Below, one piece after another: positions 13,761 to 26,266 of a stretch of 64,000 nt of DNA. Position numbers and translations under genes: made by a program. The notes below the pieces were generated by a model. The model was not told the origin of the DNA and ran no database searches. It saw only the letters and a program-made list of their open reading frames with translations. Numbering within the stretch: the stretch's first letter is position 1; the number at the start of each line of letters is the position of its first letter. The stretch comes from Camelus dromedarius (taxonomy: Eukaryota), in the NCBI RefSeq assembly GCF_036321535.1, contig NC_087437.1, positions 18,788,001-18,852,000 of the forward strand, given 5' to 3'.

Positions 13761-14287
13761 CTGGTCTATTATCCATCTGAACAAGTAATGTCTTTCCCTA
13801 ATTGTTACACAGACAATGCGTCAGTCAACAAGATGAAAATTTCTTCAGCTCCTTATAAAATTTCTAATTTCCAAGTGTATCCTTTGGGGAAAAAAAAAGC
13901 ATTCTAACTCATTTAATCATCTTGTCCAGTCCTGGAGATCATAGTTATTCCTGTCCAGTAATCAAAACATATAGCTTTCTCCTAAGCCAAGTGAAGGTAC
14001 TTAGTACATTAGACATAACAGTCAAGTTACACAGACACAGTAATCATAAGTTTTTGGCAATGCATTCTTTCCAAAGCCCCATAACTTTAATTCCTGTGAG
14101 GATCTCTCACTAAAATTTAACTAGGATACAACTTTCTTTACCAGTTCTGACCTTACAGCAGAGCATGAGAATTTGTGTTACTTCTAAAACTACTAGAAAA
14201 CCATCTATGATAAACATTATTTTAAGAAAATAAATATCCTTAAAACATTTCACTGCTCAAAACCAAAGTACACTATAAACCAAATCC

Positions 14288-14915
14288 AGGCAAAGATGTG
14301 GAGAAATTGTAATCCTTGTGTATTACTGGTAGAAATGTAAAATGGTGCAACCACTGTTGAAGAGAGTATGGCAGTTCCCAAAATATTTAAACAGAATTAC
14401 CAGCAATTCTACTTCTGGGTATACACCCAAAAGAATTAAAAACAGGGAGTCACACAGATATTTGTACACCCATGTTCGCAGCAGTATTATTAACCACAGC
14501 CAAAGGGTGGAAACAACCCAAATTCCTCCGAAGAGATGGGCAGTTAAACAAAATGAGTATACATTCAAAGGAATTCAGCCTTTAAAAAGGACATTGTGAT
14601 ACATGATACAGCGTAGATGAATCTTAAGGACATTATGCTAAATGAAATAAAGCAGCCACAAAAGAACAAACATTATATGATTCCACTTACATGAGCTATT
14701 CAGAATAGGCAAATTCACAGAGACAGAAAGCAGAACAGTGATTATCAGGAACTGAGATAAGAAGTTAATGGGGGGTTATTGTTTAATGGGTACAGAGTTT
14801 CAGTTTGGGATGATTATAAATTTGTAGAGATGGATAGTGGTGATGGTTGCACAACACTGTGAATGCATTCAATGCCAGGGAATTGTACACTCTAAACAGC
14901 TAAAAGGGCAAATGT
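14288..14915 (+). mobile_element. L1MB-like 3' fragment
   Basis: gatgtggagaaattg...aatgtaaaatggtgcaaccactg...tacagagtttcagtttgggatga...gatggttgcacaacactgtgaatg. Confidence 0.85.
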
Positions 14916-15889
14916 TCAGTAGGGATAAATTGAGCACTTTCCAAAAACACACATTTGCACATATTCCAAATGTCACCTACAAAATGTGGATAACTTCTGT
15001 TTCAGAGGGAGTTGATGACAGGATGAAATACGACTATAAATAAACTAAGACCAGTAAAGCCCCATAGAGTTGTAGGTGCTTAACATTTACTTAGGCTCAC
15101 TCATGCTGAGTACTTGTCATGATGCACTAGTAATAAATGCCATTTTTACTGGGACACGATTTGGAATCATGAGTGTTTGGAGACTGCAGTGGATCTTTGA
15201 ACACATTAAATCTGAAAATGCCAAGAGTGAGTCTAATGTATTCTGACTTCACTAGCTTTAAGCAGCTAGGAAGCACTGGACTCAGAGACAATCTGGGGTC
15301 CAACAGCTGTTCTTTTCCTTAGTATTCAATGTCAATGAGCAAAGTAACCAGATCTCCTTTGATTTACAGGAAAAAGTCTTTAGCTGATCACGAGCGTTGC
15401 TTCTGTACTTCTGACACCATCTGTCAATCAATCATGATGTGATTTAGAAATCCCCACTTTATTAAAGCTTAAAAGGGGAGCAGTCTTGGTATTTCATTTT
15501 TCAATTTACAGACAGAAGCAATGGCAAGAGAAGGCCCCCCTGACAATGTGAAATGAGCCAATTTATTCTTTCAGTCCCTCTCAGTCCCTACATCTGCTCT
15601 GAGTAAAGAAAAGTGAGCAATACTGTGCAGATGAAACTGAACATTCAGATGTTTTGTACACATGAAGAAGCTGGCCTGATTCATGTATAGATGTCAATTT
15701 ATCATAAAAAAAATTTTAAATTTTTGTTACACACATTTTACAATTTAAAAAACCCAAATCCAAATAAACTTATTCATCAGGAACTACAAGCCCTCCATGC
15801 ACCCAATTCACCTTTCTCTACTCTTTCTACTTCCCTGTAGTATTAAAATAATCTGTTTAATTGTACATCCCCTTCTCTTATCATCACCT

Positions 15890-16516
15890 TCAGATACTTC
15901 AAACATCACAGTTCGTTAGCTACAAGTTACACCTCTCAACTGTAGCCTTGCCTTTCATTCCTACAGCCTCATCCCTGGATGTGCATCCCCATCATCACAC
16001 AGATGAAAACCTGAAAGTCTGCAACTTGACTCCTGCTCCTCTACCTTCACAATGTCAGCTGCTACTACCTCATCCCTCACTTACTCCATTCCAGTCACGC
16101 CAACTCTTTTACTGCTCCTAGAACATATCGGGCACAGTCTTCCCTCAGCTACCCCACCCCAACCCAGATAGCTACCTGGCCTGCTCCCTTACTTCATTCA
16201 GAGCTGCGAGCTCCAATGTCACCTAATCAGGGAAGGCTTCTCTAACTACATCTTGTAACACAGAAGCCAACCCTTCCCCAAATCAATGTTTACCTTTCAC
16301 TAATACATCTATCTGCCTAATATATTTTTCTTAACAGTAGTAATTACCACCTAACATAGTATGTATTTACTTACTGTTTATCTTTCCCACCCTCATTAGA
16401 ATGGCAAGTCCATGAGAAAGGAGCCTCTGTTTTTGTTCACTGTTATAACCCTAGCAGCTAGCACAGTTCTGGGTGTATTAGCAGATGCATATATTATTCA
16501 ATAAATATGTATTGAA
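15890..16516 (+). mobile_element. L2 LINE 3' fragment
   Basis: L2 terminal motif ttttgttcactg...gcacagttctgg...tcaataaatatgtattgaa. Confidence 0.7.
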
Positions 16517-16699
16517 CCAGTCATGGCCTCCAACCCCTTGTGCATTACCTTTTACCAAGCCTTCATCCCCACAGACAGTTATTCTAACCACCAATGTCAA
16601 ATTTCTCACTTCTACCTTAAAGGTTATGCTAGCTAAATTCACACTGACATGTCATGCTAGTTTGTCATAACTGAGCCTTTACAATTGTTCAGCAATTCT

Positions 16700-17272
16700 T
16701 TCTGTTCTATCCTGGTGATCATATTAAGTTTCTCCACCGTGGTCTCTGGCTTGGTCAATTTTAACAGCTTTCAACTGACCTTCCTGCTTCCCCTCTACTC
16801 CTATAATCCATCTTTATACTAAAGCAGCCAGAGGAATCTTTAAAACACGTATCAAGGCACTTTTCTGTGTAAATCCTTCCTTAACAGACTTCCTTGAGTC
16901 TAAACTCTTTACCATGGCCATGGGGACTGTCTACTTCTTTAACTTCATCTCATGACACTATGGTTCTCATCCACTCTGTTTCAGAGCACTGGTCTTCTCT
17001 CCATTCCTCAAACATATCAAGCTCGTTTTCACCTTGAGATTTTTATAATAGCTTTATTTTCAAGTGACTGAATCTCTACCTTAGACATCTTACCCTAAAG
17101 TCTCCTCCTCAGAAGTAGCCACCTAGTCACTCTACCAACTGCCCTCCCCATATCACATTACAATTTGGCATTTTTCTTGTTCATTTCAATGATTGGCTCT
17201 ACAGGAACACTAATCTTGTGTATAAGAGTGCCTGGCACAAAAGCACATGTCCAAAGAATATTTATTGAATTT
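16700..17272 (+). mobile_element. L2 LINE 3' fragment
   Basis: gcagccagaggaatctttaaaac...agagtgcctggcaca...aatatttattgaat. Confidence 0.6.
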
Positions 17273-19224
17273 GGTAATTACTCTACAACATTTTTTCTAA
17301 ATGTTTTCTTCTCCCAGGACCCCAAAACTCTCTTCCCTTCCTCTGGTTTCTAAGCAGAATGGTTGCTACTGTTTTGTAAGAGTTAAGCCCTTTGCCCATG
17401 TCCTTGATCTCAAACCTTCTTACCCCCTTCAGGCAATTAATCACTCTAGTATTTTAAACTACTCTACATATTTCAGCTACTCTAATGGATCATTCCCTTT
17501 TACCTAAAATATACTAGGTGCTAATGCTAAAATATCTTCATGTGGCCAACTCTTCAAAATGATCACTGTCTCATTTCCTACACAAATTTCTTGAAAAACA
17601 TCCTATTTTATTCTTCATGCTTTTCTTTATTTTGTAAAACCATTAGCTTAACCTCATATAATTCATTCTGGTCTACCCAAACTGTTCTCTCAGTTATCAA
17701 GAAACTCTTAATATTTATTATCTTACTTTATTATAATTTATTTAATTATTTTATTTAATATAATTTACTGTAACTTAATTATTAGATTATGTTAATACCC
17801 TAGAAGGGGGTCACTGAATGTAATTAAATTTAATGCCCTTCAAAAGTATTAAAATCCTTAATCTTTCTATAGCATCTCATCCCTCTCAAGAGCCTCTTTC
17901 TTAAAGTTCTTTATTGTGCTTCAAAGACAGACACAACTTTAATACTTTTTCTTATTCTTCCTTTACTGATTCTTTTTAACAACAGCTACTCATTTACAAT
18001 ACACATTTCCTAACATTCTATGCTAGGATATTGGAAATGTTACCTACTTCCACACCTTAAACTCCTCAAAATTTGTGAATTACTTCAAAGTTTGGATCTT
18101 CGGGCTGTAAATGTCTTCTAAATTTGTTTCATATTTCCACATTTAAGGAGAGATTCTGAAAGTTCTATCTGTATTTCAAAAATCACAATGTGTCTAACAG
18201 AATTCATCATGCTGTAGTCCTACTCTTTTTGCCCCCTAATAAACAGTCTTTCCTTGATGTTTCCTTACTTCTGTTTATGAGACCATCATACTTGTTCTAG
18301 CCACTGGAACCCAAAATCTTAATTCATATATATGATTTCTTTTTTTCCATATTCCCCACCAAATCTGCCTTTAAAATCTGTCCTGCCAAATCAACTCACA
18401 GACTACCAACTCCCACTCCCACCACTCATTCAGGTAGTCATTATTTCACTATTGCAGCACTTACCACAGCTATAATTAAGCAATTAATTTCATGACTGTT
18501 AAGCACCTAACTTGCCTGCTAGACCATTAGCCCAGTAACAGGCAAGATAATCCCAGGCAAGAAAAGTCTGTCTTTGTTAACAGGATAACTAGGGTGAACC
18601 ACGTAATTTATCACCCAAACCAGCAGACAAGAGTAAAAAAGGGCATAAAATAGTTGAGCAATTATACAATGTTATATGTCAATTATACCTAAATAAAGTT
18701 GGGGGAAAAAACATTTGGGCATTAAATGATTTACAAGAGGCTTAAACCAAGCTATATATATTGCCACACGGTAACTCCCGTGCTTAGGGAAACAGCTGTT
18801 GTATCCTAAGTACAAACTATACATTGGTTTAATAAATTAAGAGCTAAAATACTCACTTTATCACCTTCTCTTCACTCTTTACTGTATTGCAAGCTTATTT
18901 TCAGCCACAAACATTGTCCTGAAACGGCCTTTGCTGGGGCCAGCAATAACCTCCTGACTGCCAAATCCAAAAAAGCTTCCAGTTTTCAATTAACCTTTCT
19001 AAAAAGCTTTAGATACTACTGACCCTTCCTCTATCACTCAGGAAGCTGGGTTAACTTTGTGGTAAACGTGACTACCTTAATAAACAATGCCTAGAATTTC
19101 CTCCCTATCCCCACCCTAGATTAACTAAAGAATTTAGAATCTAACCAACATTCACATCTTCCTTCTATATTTAACTTCTGGGAAAATAATGTAAGTAATT
19201 AAAGATACAAAATTGGATACTTAC

Positions 19225-19315
19225 CTTGAAATGACAGCCCCCATTTCAGTCCCTTAGGAAAACAGATGGCATTACTGAAGTTTTTATGGAAGACTTTCTC
19301 AGATTAGAAGACACA
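19225..19315 (-). other. Internal 91-nt exon (probable exon 2, 5' leader) of the minus-strand host gene
   Basis: Minus strand: branch-like gttaat, pyrimidine tract cttttatcttcacccttttttgtAG, exon TGTGTCTTCT...GTCATTTCAAG, consensus donor AAG|GTAAGT; lies in non-repetitive sequence. Confidence 0.8.
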
Positions 19316-19649
19316 CTACAAAAAAGGGTGAAGATAAAAGGTATTAACACTTAAATGGACTAAATTAAAAATAATTTTGTTACTTATACGACATAATTGC
19401 TTGTAACTATATTTTTAAATACGGGGAAAACAGGAAACACATGAACCATAATATTAAAATTACAGAATGTCTGAGCTGAAAGGGACTAAAGTAGATGTCC
19501 TGTGCAACTATCTGAATTCTCCCATGTAAATCACCTCCACTTTCTTGAAACCTCTCTTCTGTAATATGGTAATTTTCTTTCTACTTCTCAATCCATTCCT
19601 CCATCTACATCATAAGCTGCTAATATGAACTTATTTCATTTTTTCCCTT

Positions 19650-20860
19650 TCCTCTTTAATGTAATATTTGACACACACACAATATATGGAAAGATGCATA
19701 TAAGCAAGCCTAAGATGAACACTGTAAATTGTAAACCACCATGTCACAGAAGAACTCCAATAACATTACCCAAGTGCTCCTTTTATCCCAACATTTATCC
19801 TGAATATATATTACACCACTGCTTTTTAACACAGAACTTCGTCACCCAGGTATACGTTCCTAAACAATACTTCGTTTAGGTCTGTGTCCCTGACTCCTGT
19901 TTTCAGCTTGATAAATTGGTATGCTGAATGGAGTCTTCAGGGACTTGAATTTTTTCACTCAATATTTTTCTACACTTTATCCATGTTACTTTTTCATTGC
20001 TGTATATGGTATTTCATTATATAAGTATGCCACAATGTATTTATCTATTCTGTTGACAAACATTTGGATGGTTTAGTTTTTTACTTCTATCAACACTATT
20101 ATACAAGTCTCTAGGTGCACTTACACAAGAATTTTAGTGTATGCCTTAAACCTGGAAGTGGAAAATTGGTGGGTCATAGGACACGCAAGTTTCTGAGTTT
20201 ACCAAAAATGTCAAATTATCTTCAAATTGAATCACTTTACCAATTCACCAACCGTAGATGAATTGATAGCACATCTTCTCCAATACTCAGTAAAGTCAGA
20301 TTTCTTGATTTGTAGCAATACAGAACATATAAAATGGTATCACACTGTGATTTCAGTTTGTACTTGATTAGGATGAAGATCTACTACGGTTGAAGACCTT
20401 TTCTCAAATGTATTAACTATCCATGTTCCTTTCTGGGTTCCTCTGTTCAGTTTTTGGCCATTTTTTTGAGTTAACTTTTTCTTATTAACATGCTTTTGTA
20501 TATTCAGAACCAGGACTGACTATATAATTTGCAGTGCCCAGTGCAAAATAAGAAAGTAGAGCCACTTATTCAAAAACTAAGAATTTCAAGACAGTGATAG
20601 CATTAAAATAAGTGTGTGGCTCTGTATGACTGCACAGGTGTACGTCCACAAAGGCAGCCCTATTCAGGACGCTAATTTTCTACTGCATACATTACAATTT
20701 TTCCCTCCAAGTTTGTGGTCTATCTTTTCATTTTCTTCATGATGTCTTTAGATGGACATTAATTTTAATGTAGTCAAAAATACCAACCATTTTTTAGTCA
20801 ACTTTTCTGGCTCACTGAGAAAATCCTATAGCCTTCATAAAGTTCCATGGCTTTGCCTTT
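19650..20860 (-). mobile_element. Old L1 (L1ME-like), interrupted by a hAT element
   Basis: Antisense L1 motifs (tttatctattctgttgacaaacatttgg; ggtcatagg; aattttaatgtagtcaa). Confidence 0.65.
20511..20662 (+). mobile_element. Non-autonomous hAT DNA transposon (MER45A-like)
   Basis: Degenerate TIRs caggactgac.../...ggcagccct; internal gcccagtgcaaaat; 8-bp TSD ttcagaac (20503-20510) / ttcaggac (20663-20670). Confidence 0.75.
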
Positions 20861-21409
20861 TCACTTGAGCCCTAACTCATGGATGCTTTCCAAGGATCAG
20901 TGAGCTCACAGCCCTCTCCTCTCAGCCATTATGTCCCATTCTTCACAAATGACACTTTACAGGACTTTATGACCTTTATGACAGCAGCATCCTAATCATT
21001 ATCATTTAATTCATTCTGGGGCAAGCCCACTCAAACAGGATTTGAACTTGAGTAATACTCCAAGTCAGAAGTTTTAATAAAAAATTTCAAGCACCTGGGT
21101 AGAACATTTTACATTTAAAAGAGTGGGGGGAGGCTAAAAAATCTTTAAGTTTCATAAAATTCAAAGGAGAGCATAACTGTTGCTATTAAAATTGAAAATC
21201 TTTTTTCTTTTTGTACCTTCAAAATAAAATTTGGTTAGGAAGTAACTTAATCCTAGTCTTGGCTTCTTTGCTTTTGAAACAAGGACAATAATATGCTTTT
21301 TAAAGTGAAAGGGATATTATAAAACAAATTTTAGAATGATATCAAAATGTATCAAACTGCTTACTTTCCCAGAAGTAAGGCAATTAGTCAACTCAAAAAT
21401 AACCAATTT

Positions 21410-21540
21410 GCTGGTGCAGGATGTTGACAGTGGGGGAGGCTATGTGTGTGGAGGCTGGGGTGTATGGGAACTCTTGTGTACTTCCCGCTCAATTTTATTG
21501 TAAACCTAAAACTGCTCTAAAAAAATGCTGTCTATTTAAA
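21410..21540 (+). mobile_element. L1MC-like 3' terminal fragment
   Basis: gatgttgacagtgggggaggctatg...gggaactcttgtgtactt...gtaaacctaaaactgctctaaaa. Confidence 0.7.
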
Positions 21541-22098
21541 AGGGAAAAGAGAAAAGGAAATGTTTTGATTGCAGCAAAAAATAATAACCAATCTGACACA
21601 TACAATATAGGTTAATAATGAATGTAAGTATACTGCTTACTCTTCTTGGACAGTCAATGAAAGTACTCTGACCTCTTCAAACACAGAATTCAATAAAATT
21701 TATTCTTAAAGTTCCTTGTAATCCTTTACGTAAAAACAATGTTATCAATAACTTTACACATGAAGATCTACTCACACTCACATTTTTATTGTAAAAAGAA
21801 AGAAAACAGGATTTACTAGAAGAAAAAAGTTCTACACAAATGTCCATTAAACTTTAAAGGGATAGGGGGAGAATTTCAAAAGTTCATTCAAGCACTGAGG
21901 CACATGATAAAACCAAACCCCTACACAGGTTCTATCTTTAGTCCCTCCAATCAGCAAACACTGTGCCTCAATCATGCAATTTATATTTAAGAGTTGGCTA
22001 AACTATTGTCTTTAAGTAACAATGATTTCAACCTCTCAACTTCCACCCACAAGTAAGCAAGCAAAACCGTCCAAATTCCAATGTAACAAAAAAGAAGT

Positions 22099-22230
22099 GG
22101 GGAGGGTATAGCTCAGTGGTAGAGTGCATGCCTAGCATGCACGAAGTCCTGAGTTCAATGCTCAGTACCTCTATTTAAAATAAATAAATAAATACATACA
22201 TACATACCTAACCCCCCCAAAAACAAACCA
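22099..22230 (+). mobile_element. Vic-1-type SINE
   Basis: ggggagggtatagctcagtggtagagtgcatgcctagcatgcacgaagtcctgagttcaat, then (aaat)n and A tail. Confidence 0.93.
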
Positions 22231-22530
22231 AAAAAAAGAAACAGATTCACAGATATAGAGAACAAACTAGTAGTTACCAGTAGGAAGAGGGAAGGGGGAA
22301 GGAAAATGATAGGGGTAGAGGGTTAAGAGGGACAGACTGCAAGAACAAATTTTATTGAATTCTGTGTTTGAAGAAATCAGAGAAATTTTGTTGACTGTAC
22401 AAGAGGAGTAAAATAAATAACCTACAAGGATATGTTGCATATTGTATGGTAACAACTATAAATGGAATATAATTCATAAAAATTCTGAATCACTATGTTG
22501 TATGCCTGAAATTAATATTCTAAATAACCA
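22231..22530 (+). mobile_element. L1 3'UTR fragment
   Basis: gaaacagattcacagatatagagaacaaactag...tgaatcactatgttgtatgcctgaaa. Confidence 0.75.
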
Positions 22531-22639
22531 GATTAAGACTGCTAGTATATTAATTTGTCAGTCTGTTTTTCTTCCTTTCTTTTTGTTTAACAAATGGAGA
22601 TTATATATTCTGGCTTCTTTTTAAATAATGTTTTTCCAA

Positions 22640-23330
22640 AGACCAATATAGCCAATAAACATAGGGAAAAAATACATAATCTAATTAGTACTCCAGAAAA
22701 TAAAAATAAAACCACAATAAGATACCACTATGTACCTACCACAATAGGTAAAACTTAAACAAATTAACAATACCCAGGCTTGCTGAGGATGTAGAGCAAT
22801 GGCAATTCACATTACCTTATGACATAGGAATTCTCCCCTAGATATAAATTCAAATGTTTACACATTTCACCAAAAGATATTTACTAGAATGTTCAAAGCA
22901 TCATTATTCAGAACAGCCAAAAAGTGTAAACCCAAATCACTATGGACAAATTATGGTATATTAACACAACATAATACTATACTGCAATAAAATGAATTGA
23001 ATACCTTTGAGCTTTATAATCACACACTGATACATTAAAAATATGCAAGATGTTAAGCAAAAAAAAAGTATAGGATAATTGTTATAATGTGTTTTTGGCA
23101 GAGGGATAAAGATGTAAAGAAATAAAAATCTATATTCACGTTTGCTTATAAGAGACATTGGAAGGGAAGATTACACAAGAAACTAGTAATACTAGTTTCC
23201 TGGGCAAAGTAAGATATTAGGGGATTGGGGTAGATGTGAACTGGGTAGTTGGGAACGGGGGTGGAAGACTGTTTCCTTTTTTATACTCTTTATCTTTGAA
23301 CCACAGGAGTCTGTTACATATTACAAATAT
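22640..23330 (+). mobile_element. Old L1 (L1ME-like) fragment
   Basis: aaaaccacaataagataccacta...gaggatgtagagcaa...agaatgttcaaagcatcattattc. Confidence 0.6.
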
Positions 23331-23636
23331 AAATAATCCAGAAAAAGTTTTCAAAGACAATAGACATATATTTTTAAATCTATTTAGATATAAGCATCTG
23401 ATTACAAAAAGATATTTCAGCAATAAAAATAATTTGCAAGCTCCTCAAAAAAATAAAAAACAGAAGTGTGCCTCAAACATACACAAATAACGGGAACCAC
23501 ACTTTTACACATCGTAAGAATGAGAATACAGCTTTGTCAATTTTACTAAGCTACACAGAACAGTTCACAACTATACATAAGATGAATAAATCTCAGGAGC
23601 ACACAGGGTTTTTTGCTTTTGGGGGGTAGGGGTCCA

Positions 23637-23960
23637 CTTAAACAACAAACATCTATTTTTCACAGTTCTAGAGGCTGGAAGTCTAAGAGCAGAGTACCAG
23701 CATGTTCGGGTTCTTGGTGAGAGACCTCTTCCCATTGTACAGACCACTGTCTTCTCACAGTATCCTCACACAGTAGAGAAGAGAAAGAGAGGAAAGCAAG
23801 CTCTCCGATGTCTCTTCTCAGGACGACAAAAATGCCATCATGAGGGCTCTGCCTCATGAACTAATTACCTTCTAAAGGCCCACCTCTCCATACTATCAAA
23901 GTGGGGATAAAAGTTCCAATATATAAATTTTAGGGGGACACAAACATTTAATCCACAGCC
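23637..23960 (-). mobile_element. MaLR LTR (MLT1A-like)
   Basis: cttaaacaacaaacat...cacagttctagaggctggaagtctaag...taattaccttctaaaggcccacctc...gggggacacaaacatt. Confidence 0.85.
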
Positions 23961-25069
23961 AACATTTGATATTTGTCCATTGTTTTAACGCTGATCATTT
24001 TTACATGTATTACTTTCGAGAATCTTCACAGAAACCCCCTGGTGTAGCTGGAATGGGGACCATCACACTCATATTGTTTATGTGATTTCAGTTACTCAGT
24101 TAGGACAAGGCAGTATGAAAATCCTGGCTTGGGGTCCTGATCTCTGACCATGCGCTATCCCCATCATTACGTCCTCAATCATTAAAAAGTGATTCTTCTT
24201 GAAAATAACGCTGTTCTTCTAAAAGGTAAAGTATTCCAGCTTTTTTCCCCCCTAGTGGCATTGGCATTTTTGTTTTGTTTTATTAAACTGTAATTGATTT
24301 ACAATATTATATTAATTTCAGGTGTCACAAACATCCTGTTGAATAAAAGACATCAAACACAGAGGCACCCTAACTGCAGGATTCTGGCATATAACATTCA
24401 GAAAATAGGCGAAACTAAACTAGGGTGTTAGCCATCAGAATAATGACTACTTCTGGGAAAGATGCAAGCAAAAGGGAGTGAGGCAGAGGAAGGTACACAC
24501 AGGAGAGTTTCTGGACTCCTGGCAGTGTTCTGCTTCTTGGTGGTAGTTACACAGATCTGTTTACTTTCTGACAAATCATGATATTATACACTGATAATTT
24601 TTTGCCTTTTACTGTGTTATACTCCACTGAGAAAAGTTAAAAGGAGGGGGAAAAAAGTGAACCACTATTTGACATCTGTTAGACGTCTGCCAAAAAGATA
24701 TGACAGTATCAACTATATGTGATTATATGGAACAACCCAAAATCAGTCAGGCAGTAGGAATGCCTCATGTGAACTTGATTCTTTTTCTTGATAGCCTAAT
24801 AAGATAACTACAACCCTTTAACATTTTTTCATTAACAGTATGTCCTGCAAATTACTTTGTCTCAGTTCATGGAGGTCTTCCTCATTCTTTTTTAACATCT
24901 GCACTGTACTCCACTGTTTGGATATACCATTATTGATGGGTATTTAGAGTGTTCCCAATTTTTTTTTCAATGCTACAATACAAATTATTGATATCCTCCT
25001 GTTCTTATGCCTCAAGTAACAGACAAAAACAAAAACAGACCAAAAAAACTGCCTTTACCTCTAAAACAT

Positions 25070-25700
25070 ACCAAACTCATCCAATACTCCCTCCCACTGT
25101 CCCCGTCACAGCCTCAGTCTAAGCCATCAACAGCATTTCTTGGCTATTTTGCTTCAACATCCTTCTAATCAGTCTTCCTGCCTCTATTCTAGTTTCTCCA
25201 CAATGCATCTGGGTCACAGCAACTGGAACGTACCTCGTGAAGCACAAATCAGATTATTCCAACTGCTAAAACCTCCAAACTTCCCACTGTAACGCTACCT
25301 GAGTTACAACTGTGACCTACAAAGACCCTATATAAACTGGTATCTGTCTACTTCTGACCTCATCTTCCACTCTTCCTCATTCACTAGTTCCCAATCATAA
25401 TGGTTTGCTTTCTGTTCCTCACACACTTACTTTGTTCCTAACTTGGAGCATCTGTCCTTGCTATTCTTTCAGTTTAGAATGTTCTGCCCTAGGCCACCTG
25501 CCGCCTTCTAACATTCATGTCTCAACTCAAAAATTACTTCTTCTATGAGGTAACTTAACTGTGTACCACCACAGTTAAGACTGTAACCTGGTTCATTCTC
25601 TACCACTTTATTAACTTCATAATACTTATTAGTACTTGCAATTTTCATTTATTATTTACACGTCTGTTTCTTCCACAGGAAAACTCAAAAAGTCTTGAGG
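25070..25700 (+). mobile_element. L2 LINE fragment
   Basis: gtctaagccatca...gcacaaatcagattatt...tttctgttcctc...gaatgttctgccc...gtctcaactcaaa. Confidence 0.65.
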
Positions 25701-25779
25701 ATAGCTTTTAATCTCTGTAACTTTAACTCTACTGTTTTTTAAAATTTTCTATTAAGTCTGAAATTGTTTCAAATATTTC

Positions 25780-26219
25780 TTCATGGAATTGCCTATTCTG
25801 GACATTTCATATGAATGAAATCACACAATACGCAGTCTTCTGTGACTGGCCTCTTTCACTCAGCATAATGTTTTCAAGGTACATCCATGCTGCAGCATGT
25901 ATAAGAACTGCATTCCTTTTCAAGACTGAATACTATTCCATTGTATGGAAAAATGCATTTTGTTTATCCATTCATTACCTGATGACATTTTGGTTGTTTC
26001 CACTTTTTGGCTATTATGAATATATACTGCTTTGAACACTCACATGCAAGTTTTTGTATGAACATGTGTTTCAATTCCCTTGGGAATAAACCTAGCAGTG
26101 GAAGTGCTATGTCATATGGTAATTCTGTTTAATTTTTTAAGGAACTGACAAACTACTCTCCCAAAGCTCTGCACTACTTTACAATCCAACTGGCAAAGTA
26201 TGGGGGTTCCAGCTCCACA
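25780..26219 (-). mobile_element. Older L1 (L1MB-like), left part; resumes at about 27369-27655
   Basis: ttgcctattctggacatttcatatgaatg...tggcctctttcactcagcataatg...gggttccag; continuation tattgtccaccttttgattagagccattctagtg. Confidence 0.8.
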
Positions 26220-26266
26220 GGTTACTACCACAGGTTACCACCACAGGTTACTACCACAGCTTACTA
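26215..26266. repeat. Four-copy tandem repeat of the 13-mer CCACAGGTTACTA
   Basis: ccacaggttacta ccacaggttacca ccacaggttacta ccacagcttacta. Confidence 0.95.

Noticed and set aside
22099..22175. tRNA-Ala gene (and the nine similar copies)
   Set aside because: Stem mismatches, A-rich tails and TSDs show they are SINEs.
26215..26266. CRISPR-like array
   Set aside because: No spacers and a mammalian context; a plain tandem repeat.
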